Shown: in pieces, positions 24,484 to 36,726 of the stretch | Numbering within the stretch: the stretch's first letter is position 1 | Layout: each line of letters starts with the position of its first letter | Source: Squalus acanthias | Lineage: Eukaryota | DNA length: 64,000 nucleotides | Assembly (NCBI GenBank): GCA_030390025.1 | Contig: CM059432.1 | Coordinates: 1,612,001-1,676,000 of the forward strand | Reading direction: 5' to 3' | Made by a program: the position numbers and the translations under genes | Notes under the pieces: generated by a model | The model's database searches: none | What the model was told of the DNA's origin: nothing | Seen by the model: the letters and a program-made list of their open reading frames with translations, nothing else

Positions 24484-25420
24484 GCATGCACTCCATGTTG
24501 TTGAAGTGTGATGATGACCACACTGAAAACAATCATGAAAAAATCACTGAGAATTTATTTGATCAGCAGATTTTATATTAAAACCAAGGTCAGTGATTTG
24601 CATTCTTCAGGGAAAAAAATGATGGAATCGCAAAATAGAATCCCTAAAATCTATTAATCCCAGGCAATTGAAATAAAATTAAATTAATCAGTCTCTGCAA
24701 ATCAATGGCCATAATTATAAAATAGACAAATTTGCAGCATTGTGATGTCCAGAACGCCGGGAAACAGACATTAAATCCCAGCAAATTAAAATGGAATTTC
24801 ATCTAATTAGCCCAGAGTTTCTGCTAGTTTGCGACGGCAATCCGGCTGAAATTGGCCAAACCAAAGCGCAAAAGATCGCGGAATTTTAATCGCAAATTAC
24901 GTCCAGCATAAATCGAGTTTCCACGGTCTTTTGCGCTACTTTAAAAAAAACAACGTGCTGGAATCTGGCCCCGCCCACAAATCTGGCCACGCCCCCCAGA
25001 TGGAAATAACGAGCGCGGCGAGTTTCCGCCGATTACGCCCGTTCGAGTAGGCTCTTCAAATGAACTCGTTTTATTTAGGCGCACGGGCTCTAGTTTGCAC
25101 ATTTTTAAAGTTTTTAAATATTAAAAGATATTTCATTTACTAAGAAACTGACTACACCAATGAAACTAGTGAATGGGTCAGTATAATTTTATTAAGTCAT
25201 TTTCAGTGATTTAAATTTAAGCTTTAAAACAGGTGGCGGATTGGACACTGATTAAAATTGCTTCATTTTGGTGATGAACCCATTTTCAGCTGTATTAATA
25301 AATCTGCCCCGGGTCACCGGGTCACCGGGTCACCGGGTCACCGCTCTCAAACACATCCAGGAATATCTTTAATGGAAAGAAAATAAATAAATGATTACGT
25401 TCTATCCCGCTGCCCGATTT

Positions 25421-26233
25421 ATTTTTATTCACTCACGGGATGTGGGCGTCGCTGGCAAGGCCAGCATTTATTGCCCATCCCCAATTGCCATTGAGAAGGT
25501 GGTGGTGAGCCGCCTTCTTGAACCGCTGCAGTCCGTGTGGTGAAGGTGCTCCCACAGTGCTGTTAGGGAGGGATTTCCAGGATTTTGGCCCAGTGACGAT
25601 GAAGGAACGGCCGATATATTTCCAAGTCAGGATGGTGTGTGACTTGGAGGGGAACTTGGAGGTGGTGGTGTTCCCATGCGCCTTCTAGGTGGTAGAGGTC
25701 GCAGGTTTGGGAGGTGCTGCCGAAGAAGCCTTGGTGAGTTGCTGCAGTGCATCTTGTAGATGGTACACACTGCAGCCACGGTGCGCCGGTGGTGGAGGGA
25801 GCGAATGTTTAAGGTGGTGGATGGGGTGCCAATCAAGTGGGCTGCTTTGTCCTGGATGGTGTCGAGCTTCTTGAGTGTTGTTGGAGCTGCACTCATCCAG
25901 GCAAGTGGAGAGTATTCCATCACACTCCTGACTTGTGCCTTGTAGATGGTGGAAAGGCTTTGGAGAGTCAGGAGGTGAGACACTCGCCGCAGAATACCCA
26001 GCCTCTGACCTGCTCTTGTGGCCGCAGTATTTATGTGGCTGGTCCAGTTAAGTTTCTGGTCAATGGGAACCCCCAGGATGTTGATGTTGGGGATTCGGCG
26101 ATGGTAATGCCATTGAATGTCAAGGGGCGGTGGTTGGACTCTCTCTTGTTGGAGATGGTCATTGCCTCGCACTTGTGTGGGGCGAATGTTACCTGCCACT
26201 TATCAGCCCAAGCCTGAACGTCGTCCAGATCTT
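25421..26233 (-). mobile_element. CR1-Zenon-like LINE 3' fragment
   Basis: ORF 25627-26199 has YKAQVRSVMEYS…LDTIQDKA…SLHHRRTVAA. Tail gggcaataaatgctggccttgccagcgacgcccacatccc. Clade assignment is tentative. Confidence 0.75.
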
Positions 26234-26272
26234 GCGCTGGAAGATTTTACATTTGTGATTATGCAAATGAGT

Positions 26273-28230
26273 AAACCTGAGGATTGGGAGCAGTTTAGGA
26301 TTCAGCAAAGGAGGACAAAGGGATTAATTAAGAGGGGGAAAATAGAGTACGAGCGTAAGCTTGCAGGGAACATAAAAACTGACTGTAAAAGCTTTTATAA
26401 ATATGTGAAGAGAAAAAGATTGGTGAAGTCAAGCGTAGGTCCCTTGCAGTCAGAATCAGGGGAATTTATCATGGGGAACAAAGAAATGGAGGACCAATTA
26501 AATACATACTTTGGTTCTGTCTTCACAAAGGAGAACACAAATAACTTCCCAGAGATGTCGGGGAACATAGGGTCTAATGAGAGGGAGGAACTGAATGAAA
26601 GCAGTATTTGTAGGGAAATGGTGTTAGGGAAATTGACGGCATTAAAGGCCGATAAATCCCCAGGGCCTGATAATCTACATCCTAGGATACTTAAGGAAGT
26701 GGCCCTAGAAATAGTAGATGCATTGCTGGTCATCTTCCAAAATTCTATAGACTCTGGAACAGTTCCCATGGATTGGAGGGTAGCTAATGTTACCCCACTG
26801 TTCAAAAAAGGTGGCAAAGAAAAAACGGGGGATTATAGAGCGGTAAGCCTGACATCGGTTGTGGGGAAAATGCTAGAGTCCATTATAAAAGATGTAATAG
26901 TAGAGCACTTGGAAAACAGTGACAGGATTGGACAAAGTCAACATGGATTTACAAAAGGTAAATCGTGCTTGACTAATCTACTGGAATTTTTTGAGGATGT
27001 AACTGATAAAATAGATAAGGGAGAACCAGTGGATGTGGTGTATTTAGACTTTCAGAAGGCTTTCGATAAGGTCCCGCATAAGAGATTAGTGTGTAAAGTT
27101 AAGGCACATGGGATTGGAGGCAAGGTATTGACTTGGATAGAGAACTGGTTGGCAGACAGGAAGCCAAGAGTTGGAATAAACGGGTCTTTTTCCGAGTGGC
27201 AGGCAGTGACTAGTGGGGTTCCGCAGGGATCAGTCCTAGAACCCCAGCTATTCACTATATATATTAATGATCTAGACGAGGGAACTAGATGTAATATCTC
27301 CAAGTTTTCAGACGACACAAAGCTGGGTGGGCGTGTGTGATGCGAGGAGGATGCCGAGAAACTCCAGTATGATTTGGACAGGTTGGGTGATTGGGCAGAA
27401 GCAGTATAATGTGGATAAATGCGAGGTTATCCACTTTGGTGGCAAAAACAGAAAGGCAGATTATTATCTGAACGGCAATAGATTGGGAAAAGGGGAAGTG
27501 CAACGAGACCTGGGTGTCCTTGTGCACCAGTCGCTGAAGGTAAGCATGCAGGTACAGCAGGCGGTTAAGAAGGCAAATGGTATGTTGGCCTTCGTAGCGA
27601 GAGGGTTTAAGTACAGGAACAAGGATGTCTTGCTGCAGCTATACAGGGCCTTGGTGAGACCACACCTTGAGTATTGTGTGCAGTTTTGGTCGCCTTATCT
27701 GAGGAAGGATGTTCTTGTCATGGAGGGAGTGCAGCGAAGATTTACCAGACTGATACCTGGGATGGCAGGAATGACGTACGAGGAGAGATTGGGTCGATTG
27801 GGCTTATACTCGCTGGAGTTTAGAAGAATGAGAGGAGATCTCATTGAAACTTATAAAATTCTAACAGGGCTAGACAGACTGGATGCAGGAAGGATGTTCC
27901 CGATGGCGGGTGAGTCCAGAACAAGAGGTCACAGTCTAAAGATAAGTGGTAAGCCATTTAGGACAGAGATGAGGAGGAATTTCTTCACCCAGAGAGTGGT
28001 GAACCTGTGGAATTCTCTACCACAGAAGGCAGTTGAGGCCAAGTCAGTAAATATATTCAAGAAGGAGTTAGATATATTTCTTAAGGCTAAAGGTATCAAG
28101 GGATATGGGGAGAAGGCAGGGACAGGGTACTGAGTTTGGATGATCAGCCATGATCTCATCGAATGGCGGAGCAGGCTCGAGGGGCCGAATGGCCTACTCC
28201 TGCTCCTATCTTCTATGTTTCTATGTTTCT
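26273..28230 (+). mobile_element. 5'-truncated CR1 LINE (RT), frameshifted near 27335
   Basis: ORFs 26117-27340 and 27327-28133. (TTTCTATG)n tail. ATGAGT is duplicated at 26267-26272 and 28231-28236. Confidence 0.92.
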
Positions 28231-28401
28231 ATGAGTTTGGGTGGAAATTGAACCATGACTTGGTTTCAGAAAGCAATTTCAAGCGCGATTTGCGCCCAGT
28301 TTTCCGATTGTTCCCAACGCGGAAACTCTACGCCACTGTCTCCCAGCTCAACGCATTATTCTGTGCAAGCTCCTTCACAATATAGCAATCGGGGAGGTTT
28401 T

Positions 28402-28660
28402 ACATAGAAACATAGAAAAATAGGAGCAGGAGTCGGCCATTCGGCCCTTCGAGCCTGCTCCGCCATTCAATATTATCATGGCTGATCCTCTATCTCAATA
28501 CCATATTCCCGCGCTCTCCCCATACCCCTTGATACCTTTTGTGTCTAGAAATCTCTCTATCTATCTCCTTCTTAAATATATTCAGTGACTTGGCCTCCAC
28601 AGCTGTCTGTGGTAGAGAATTCCACAGGTTCACCACCCTCTGAGTGAAGAAATTTCTCCT
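28402..28660 (-). mobile_element. CR1 3' end
   Basis: (CATAGAAA)n tail on the + strand and CR1 3' UTR. Confidence 0.8.
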
Positions 28661-28824
28661 GCAGACACTGGCCTGTCACTGCTGTGATCTGGACTTGAAT
28701 CTTACCCAGATTAATGAGCCAAGTCTTTGTCTGGTGTTAGCTGTACGTCTGCTACATTGGGAGGCTTGATTCAGTTTTAAGTAGCCTTGGACCCACAGCA
28801 CAAAACTCTCCCTAATGTGGCACT

Positions 28825-30150
28825 AAGTGAGGAGGATAGTAACAGACATCAGGAGGACACAGTCGGACTGGTGAAATGGGCAGACACGTGGCAGATGAAA
28901 TTCACCGCAGAGAAGTGTGAAGTGATACATTTTGGTAGGAAGAATGAGGAGAGGCAATATAAACTAAAGGGTACAATTCTAAAGGGGGTGCATGAACAGA
29001 GAGACCTGGGGGTGTGCGTATACAAATCTTTGAAGGTGGCAGGGCCAGTTGAAAATGCTGTTAAAAAGGCATATGAGACCCTTGGCTTTATAAGTAGCGG
29101 CATAGAGTAGAAAAGCAAGGAGGTTATGCTAAACCTTTATAAATCACTGGTTAGGCCTCAGCTGGAGTATTGTGTCCAATTCTGGGCAGCATAGAATGGT
29201 TACAGCACAGAAGGAGGCCATTTGGCCTGTCGAGCCCGTGCCGGCTCTCTGCAAGAGCACTTCAGCTAGTCCCACTCCCCCGCCCTTTCCCCGTAGCCCT
29301 GCAAAAAATTTTCCTTCAGGTATTTACCCAATTCCCTTTTGAAAGCTAAGATTGAGTCTGCCTCCACCACCCTTTCAGGCAGTGCATTCCAGATCCTAAC
29401 CACTCGCTGCGTAAACAAGTTTTTCCTCATGTCGCCTTTGGTTCTTCTGCGAATCACCTTAAATCTGTGTCCTCTGGTTCTCGACCCTTCCGCCAATGGG
29501 AACAGTTTCTCTCTATCTACTCTGTCTAGACCCCTCTTGATTTTGAACACCTCTATCAAATCTCCTCTCGACCTTCTCTGCTCTAAGGAGAACAAACCCA
29601 GTTTCTCCAGTCTATTCACGTAACTGAAGTCCCTCATCCCTGAACCATTCTTGTAAATCTTGCACCACACTTTAGGAAGGATGTCAAAGCCTTGGAGAGG
29701 GTGCAGAAGAGATTTACTAGAATGGTTCCAGGGATTAGGGACTTCAGTTGTGTGGCGAGACGAGAGAAACTGGGGTTGTTCTCCTTGGAGCAGAGAAGGT
29801 TAAGGGGAGATTTAATAGAGGTGTTCAAAATTATGAAAGGTTTTGATAGAGTAAATAAGGAGAAACTGTTTCCAGTGGCAGAAGGGTCGGTAACCAGAGG
29901 ACACAGATTGAAGGTAATTGGCAAAAGAACCAGAGGGGAGATGAGGAGATCTGGAATGCGCTGCTTGAAAGGGCGGTGAAAACAGATTCAATAATAACTT
30001 TCAAAAGGGGAGTTGGATAAATACTTGAAGGGGAAAAAATTGCAGGGCTGTGGGGAAAGAGCTGGGGGAGTCAGACTAATTGGAGAACTCTTTCAAAGAG
30101 CCGGCACAGGCACGATGGGCTGAATGGCCTCCTTCTGTGTTGTATGATTC
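28825..30150 (+). mobile_element. CR1 fragment with an oppositely oriented CR1 (29191-29660) nested inside
   Basis: ORFs 28787-29110 and 29692-29979 on +, 29266-29670 on -. The host rejoins at tctgggca|ccacactt. Confidence 0.8.
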
Positions 30151-30374
30151 TCTGACTACTACTTTGTACCCACCCTTATTGAATTTTGAGGAAATCCTTA
30201 CGTATGTGCCTTGTAGTCGCTGTATTATCGCTACTCCTTATGCCGTTTGTCCCTCATGGACTAGAACCTAGACCCATCTTGTCCACTTCAGTAGACCTTC
30301 TAATCTTCCCTCAATGTGCACTCCTCTAGCTCCAGGTAGACAGATCACCATTCCGTGGGCCTTGACACACATGG

Positions 30375-30800
30375 CTATCTACTTTCTTGGTCAAAGAACC
30401 TCCTGGCCGGCCTCCCACATTCTACCCTACGTAAACTTGAGGTCATCCAAAACTCCTGCTGCCCCGTGTCCTAACTCGCACCAAGTCCCGTTCACCCATC
30501 ACCCCCTGTGCTCGCTGACCTACATTGGCTCCCAGTCCGGCAACGCCTCGATTTCAAAATTCTCATCCTTGTTTTCAAATCCCTCCATGGCCTCCCCCCT
30601 CCCTATCTCTGTAATCTCCTTCAGCCCCACAACCCCCCGAGATCTCTGCGCTCCTCCAATTCTGGCCTCTTGCGCATCCCCGATTTTAATCGCTTCACCA
30701 TTGGCGGCCGTGCCTTCAGCTGCCTGGGCCCTGAGCTCTGGAATTCCCTCCCTCAACCTCTCCACCTCTCTCTCCTCCTTTAAGACGCGCCTTAAAACCA
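30375..30800 (+). mobile_element. L2-clade LINE fragment
   Basis: LADLHWLPVRQRLDFKIL…GGRAFS…LWNSLP is the typical L2 ORF2 C-terminus. Confidence 0.85.
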
Positions 30801-31267
30801 ATATAAACGCAAGTATTTTTGTTGATGCAGGTGGAAGTGAGGAGCTTAAGAGTTCTGAAGAGTGTCCGAGCGTTTCTGAAAGATTACTGGCTTCTGAAAA
30901 GGCTTTTTCATTCCTTTTTTTGTTTTGCTTTGCAATTGTTGCAAACTGCACTTCAAGTTGTCTGAGTGCACACGCTACGCAAAGATTTTCAGATCCCCGC
31001 TCTCATCTAAGGTGGTTGTTGTTGTTAAAACCACAGTCTGTCTGTAGCCTACACACTGCATCTTTCTCCAGTCTTTTATTCTGCGATCTTGTTTTCATTC
31101 TGCAGTGTTGAACCGTGCCTGGAATCTATTTGTTATTGTAAGGAAAGATCTCCGGAACTGTGATGTGCCGACCTTTAATTGGATCCATTAATTAATGGCC
31201 CTACTTTCTTCGGACGCCCATTACAGGTGTTTTAAAACTGTCAGAAAGTGTGACTTCTCCCCTCCCA

Positions 31268-32428
31268 GTGTCAGCCGTGACTCAGTGGGCAGCACCCTCG
31301 CCTCTGAGTCAGGAGGTTGTGGGTTCAAGTCCCCACTCCAGAGACTCGAGCACAAAAATCTAGGCTGACACTCCCAGTGCAGTGCTGAGGGAGTGCTGCA
31401 CTGTCGGAGGGGCAGTACTGAGGGAGCGCTGCACTGTCGGAGGGGCAGTACTGAGGGAGCGCCGCACTGTCGGAGGGGCAGTACTGAGGGAGCGCCGCAC
31501 TGTCGGAGGGGCAGTACTGAGGGAGCGCCGCACTGTCGGAGGGACAGTACTGAGGGAGCGCTGCACTGTCGGAGGGGCAGTACTGAGGGAGCGCCGCACT
31601 GTCGGAGGGGCAGTACTGAGGGAGCGCCGCACTGTTGGAGGGGCAGTACTGAGGGAGCGCAGTACTGAGGGAGCGCCGCACTGTGGGAGGGGCATTACTG
31701 AGGGAGCGCTGCACTGTCTTGAATTCAAGACCTCATCAAACTACAGAGAGCGTCATTGTTTGACAGCTTCACAGAGCTGTCAAACGATGACAATTCATCT
31801 GTCAAAAGTTTTTGACAGATGAAATGTCATACGTTGACGTTCTCTGTAACCGGCTTTCACTTAATTGGCCTGCTAAGGCCGCTGGGCGGGCTTAACAAGG
31901 TCAATCAAGGGAAAATAGTGTGGGTTGGCCAGAAGTTGTTGGAGGCAGGACTAAAACCCGACACGTGGGAATCCTGAGGGAGCGCCACACTGTCGGAGGG
32001 GCAGTACTGAGGGAGTGCTGCACTGTCGGAGCGCTGCACTGTCGGAGGGACAGTACTGAGGGAGTGCTGCACTGTCGGAGGGGCAGTACCGAGGGAGCGC
32101 TGCACTGTCAGAGGGGCCGTCTTTCGGATGAGACACTAAACCGAGTCCTCAGGTGGATGTAAAATATCCCATGGCGCTTTTTCGACGAAGAGCAGGGGAA
32201 GTTTCCCCCGGTTTCCTGGGGCCAATATTTATCCCTCAATCAACATGACAAGAAACAGATGAATTGGTCATTATCACATTGCTATTGTGGGAGCTTGCTG
32301 TGCGCAATTGGCTGCCGTGTTTCCTACATTACGACAGTGACTGCACTCCAAAAAGTACTTCATTGGCTGTAAAGCGCTTTGGGACGTCCTGAGGTTGTGA
32401 AAGGTGCTATAGAAATGCAAGTCTATTT
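31268..32428 (+). mobile_element. Deu-domain tRNA-derived SINE with an internally amplified 33-bp unit and an unrelated insert of about 250 bp
   Basis: tRNA-like head (A box gtgactcagtggg, B box gggttcaagtccc), tandem 33-mers, then Deu body and L2-like tail. Confidence 0.8.
31379..31718. repeat. 33-bp minisatellite (GCAGTACTGAGGGAGCGCYGCACTGTCGGAGGG), about 10 copies, with more units at 31974-32114
   Basis: Direct tandem repeats. The unit occurs once in the ordinary SINE copy at about 46780-46812. Confidence 0.95.
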
Positions 32429-32901
32429 TTCTCCCAACTGGATGGCTTCCTGGATTATTGAACTGTTGTGACTAAGCGTCCTCACACTCTCAGCATATTT
32501 ACAAATGATTGAAAGCTCGCCCAATAGTGACTGAGTTTGAGCTGTACCTTTCTTTCCCCTCCCCTCAGGATGCTGCTCCAAGCTTGTTCAGATGATCATA
32601 CCTCAAGATATTAAGGGGTGTTGAGGCTGCCGCGAAACACGAATGGAGGCTGAATCCATATGTGGAAAACAAGAAAACTTTAATTCACTGCATGGCACAC
32701 AGAATGGCTGAGAGAGCTGCTCCCAGAATTCCCTGGAAAAACTCCCAGAATTCTCTGGGTAAAACCTGAGGCCCCGCCCCCTTCTGCCTTAAAGGTAATG
32801 TGCCTTAAAGGGGAAGGTGCTGGAAATTTGTCCACAGACAGAAGAGTGGATTATGCCCGTTTTAGGTGGCGATCCGCCACACAGCTCCCCCCAGAATCCG
32901 C

Positions 32902-35900
32902 TTAGGAGGTGTGGACGAGACGGTGCGGCGGTCTGATGGGCCGGCCGGAGCGGCTCTTGTAGGACGCCGGTGGACGTGGAACGGCTGGGCGTGGAGCAGC
33001 CGGGTGAACTGGCTTGAGGGCAGGTCGGCCGCGTGGAGGTGGACGAGCTACAGGGACCTGCTCCCCGGGCTCCGAGTGTGCTGGCTTGAGTCGGTCCACC
33101 GACACTTTTTCGGTCCTGTCGCCCACTTGCAGGGTGAAAAATTTGTCCCCAGCCTGTAGCACCTTGTAGGGCCCGTCGTACGGTGGTTGAAGGGGTCCGC
33201 GGTGGGCGTCGTGCCGGACGAAAACAAACCGTGCCTGGTGCAAGCTTAGTGGGACGTGTGAGGTGGATTCGCCGTGTCAGGCAATGGGCACCGGGGCGAA
33301 ATGCAGCGCCGGTGAGGCGAAGTCGTGGCGTTGCTGGTCGGCTGACCAGAGTGTCGTGGCGGTGGGCAGGAACTCGCCGGGTACGCGCAGCGGCTGACCG
33401 TACACGAGCTCTGCTGCCGATGCGTGGAGGTCTTCTTTAACCGCGGTGCGCAGGCCGAGGACCACCCACGGAAGTCGGTCGGTCCAGGCGCCGTCTTGGA
33501 GGCTGGCTCGAAGAGATGCCTTCAAGGATCTGTGGAACCGCTCACACAGTCCGTTGGCTTGGGGGTGGTACGCTGTGGTGCGGTGAATGGTCACCCCGAG
33601 ATTGCGTGCGACGGCGGTCCAGAGTTCAGAGGTAAATTGCGGACCTCTGTCCGACGTCATGTCGGAGGGGACGCCGAACCGTGCGACCCAGGTGCTGACG
33701 AAGGCTCTGGCGATGTCGGCGGTGGTGGTAGAGGTCAGTGGAATTGCCTCAGGCCAGCGTGTGGTGCGGTCAACGATGGTCAGCAAGTGCGTGTGGCCTT
33801 GCGACGGCGGCAGGGGCCCGACGATGTCCACGTGGATGTGGTCGAATCTCCGCGAGGGGACGGTAAACTCCTCGAGGGGTGCTTTCGTGTGTTGCTGTAT
33901 CATGGCCCGTTGGCAGGCTAGGCAGGAGTTGGCCCAAGTACGCACATCCTTGCGAAGGCCGCGCCAGACAAAGCGGTTGGCTACCAATTTGATGGATGCG
34001 CGGGCGCCGGGGTGGGAGAGGTTGTGGAGAATGTCGAATACCCGGCAGCGCCAGGACGCTGGGACGACAGGCTGAGGTTGACATAGGGATATGTCGCACT
34101 TGACCGTGACTGCAGTCGGGCCACAGGCGACGTCGGCCAGGCGTAGCCCTGGTAGGTTGGTGGGTGCGGAGAGCAGATCAGGGTCGGTGATCTGGTCTGC
34201 TGCGAGTTGAGCGTAGTCGACTGCTAGGTGTGCGGCGTGGATGGCGGGGCGGGAGAGGCAGTCGGCTACCACATTGTCTCGGCCGGAGACGTGTTGGATG
34301 TCCGTGGTGAACTCGGACACTGCCGCGAGCTGGCGCTGCTGCCTGGCGGACCAGGGGTCGGTTGTCTTTGCCATTGCGAATGTCAGGGGCTTGTGGTCGA
34401 CAAACGCAGTGAAGGGGTGGCCCTCAAGCAAAAACCGGAAATGGCGGACCGCCAGGAACAGCGCGAGGAGCTCGCGGTCGAAGGTGCTGTACTTGACCTC
34501 CGGGGGGCGTAGTTGGCGACTGAAGAAGGCAAGTGGTTGCCAGGCGCCGTCGACCCACTGCTCATACACGGCGCCGACCGCGTGGTCGGAGGCGTCCGTG
34601 GTGAGCGCTACCCTGGCATTGGGCCGTGGGTGCGCGAGCAGGGTGGCGTTGGCGAGCGCGGTCTTGGTGGAATCGAAGGCGGCGGACGCATCTGCCGTCC
34701 ATTCGACCGCCATCTTGCCGCTCCTGCCCCGGAGGGCTTCATACAGGGGCCTCATGAGGGACCCCGCTTTGGGGATGAAGCGGTTATAGAAATTCACCAT
34801 CCCGAGGAACTCCTGGAGGCCTTTGATGGTGGTGGGGCGGGGAAATTGTTGGACGGCCTGCACCTTGGTGGGCAGGGGAATGGCCCCAGCATGGGTGATG
34901 TGGTGGCCGAGGAAGTCGATCTTGTCCAGGCCGAACTGGCATTTGGCTGGGCTGAGGATGAGCCCGTGGCCGCTGAGGCGCCCGAACAGGATGCGAAGGT
35001 GTTCGAGGTGTTCCTGCTTGGAGGAACTGGCTACCAGGATGTCGTCCAGGTAGACGAACAGGAACTTCAGGTCCCGAAGGACCGAGTCCATGAGCCGTTG
35101 GAATGCCTGGGCCGCGTTTTTGAGGCCGAAGGGCATTCGCAGGAACTCGAACAGGCCGAAGGGGGTGATTACGGCCGTCTTGGGGACGTCCGCGGGGTGG
35201 ACGGGGACTTGGTGGTAGCCGCGCACCAGGTCGACCTTGGAAAAGACTGAGCGGCTGGCCAGTCTAGCCGAGAAGTCCTGAATGTGCGGCACGGGGTACC
35301 GATCAGGGGTGGTGGCGTCATTGAGGCGGCGGTAATCCCCGCAGGGGCGCCAACCTCCGCCTGGTTTGGGGGCGATGTGGAGTGGGGAGGCCCAGGGACT
35401 GTTGGAGCGGCGGATGATGCCGAGCTGTTCCATGCTGGCAAACTCGGTCCGCGCGATCTCCAGTTTGGCCGGGTCCAGCCTGCGGGCGTGGGCGTACACT
35501 GGGGGGCCTGTGGTGGGGATGAAGTGTTCCACCCCGTGTTTGGCAGCCTTCGCGGAGAAGGTCGGATTGGTAAGGGCCGGGAATTCGGCCAGGAGTGCCG
35601 AGTAGTCATCTGTGGCCCGGGCGTGGCACTGTGACGCCATGTCGGCGGGTTGACGGGGGGCCATGGCGCCCAGGATGGGGGACATGGTGTTCATGTCCAC
35701 GAGGCGGTGACGAGGGATGTCTACCAGTAAGCCGTGGGCACACAGGAAATCTGCGCCGATGAGGGGGGAGAGCACCTTGGCAGTGATGAACTCCCATTGG
35801 TATCGGTGACCAGCGAGGTCGAGGGTGACTGTCCGGGTGCCATACGTCCGGATTTCCGAGCCGTTAGCAGCAGCCAGCGCCGGTCCTCGTTCGCCCTTTT

Positions 35901-36687
35901 GGATGTCGAGGGAGGAGGCCGGGATGATGCTGTGCTGAGCCCCAGTGTCGCACAGGAACCGGCGGCCGGTTTTGTCATCCGTGACGAACAGCAGGGAGCC
36001 CGCGTAGCCCATGGCCATCGCGGGGGCTGGAACGGGGGTGGACTTGAAAGAGCAGGGAGGTTTGCACCGTTGTGCCCTGGCGCCGAACCGTGCGTGGTAG
36101 TAACAGTGGCCCGGGTTAGTGGGGCGTGAAGGCCCCGTGGGCCTGGTGACAGGCCCTTGTGGCCGCGTGCTGGATGGTGAGGGGCGCGCCCAGGCATTGG
36201 CTGCCAGGTCCGGAGTGACGTCGTGGCTGGAGTGAGCGGACAGCAGCTTGTCGGTCTCATCGGCCAGGGCTTCCAGGTTCGTGAGGCCGGACGCCACGAT
36301 CGCTGGGCGGATGCTGAGAGGGAGCTGGCGGATGAACAGCGTGCGGAAGAGGGATCCGGGTGGGCTCTCGAGGTCTGACGGTGAGGCATCACCGAGGCCT
36401 GGAAGGTCGAGGAGGTGGCAGTTTCGCTGATATGCCGAGGCCGTAAATTTTTTAAGGAGCGCTGTTCTGAGATGTGCATACTTGCCTTCCTCTGGTGGGT
36501 TCTGCAGCATTGTCCAAACCTTGGAAACTGCGGCGCTACTGAGTGATGTGACGAGATAGTCGTACTTCGTCCCATCTGTGGTGATATTTCGCAGCCGGAA
36601 GCGAGATTCAGCTTGGAGAAACCAGGCTTCGGGCTGGTTTTCCCCAAACTCCGGCAGTTTCACGGAAACTGCGTTCGTGTCCGCCAT
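32902..36687 (-). CDS. Gypsy gag-pol polyprotein (Gag, protease, RT, RNase H, integrase) with an in-frame TGA at 33277-33279
   Basis: Protease LCDTGA, RT YLDD, RNase H TTDASD, integrase H-H-C-C and D-D-E (HVDIVG, SDRG, LCERF). The GPY/F module (PPYDGPYKV) continues in the same frame after the stop. Confidence 0.92.
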
Positions 36688-36712
36688 TGCAGTGCTCAGA
36701 ATACGTTCTGAG

Positions 36713-36726
36713 CGTCGGGGTCACCA
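36713..36726 (-). promoter_or_regulatory. Primer-binding site complementary to the tRNA-Trp 3' end
   Basis: TGGTGACCCCGACG starts 1 nt inside the 5' LTR boundary and matches the first 14 nt of the avian retroviral tRNA-Trp PBS. Confidence 0.85.

Larger units (their letters stand above)
24810..28334. mobile_element. MITE family B copy split by two LINE insertions
   Basis: Pieces 24810-25420, 26234-26272 and 28231-28334 are colinear with 8948-10128. Right TIR is gcggaaactctacgcc. Confidence 0.7.

Noticed and set aside
30849..30890. Second possible hammerhead (gagttCTGAAGA…GAAA)
   Set aside because: No convincing stem II between the boxes and no matching stem I partner.
33183..36430. Multiple + strand ORFs antisense to Gypsy pol
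   Set aside because: Expected shadow ORFs in GC-rich coding DNA, with no recognisable motifs.
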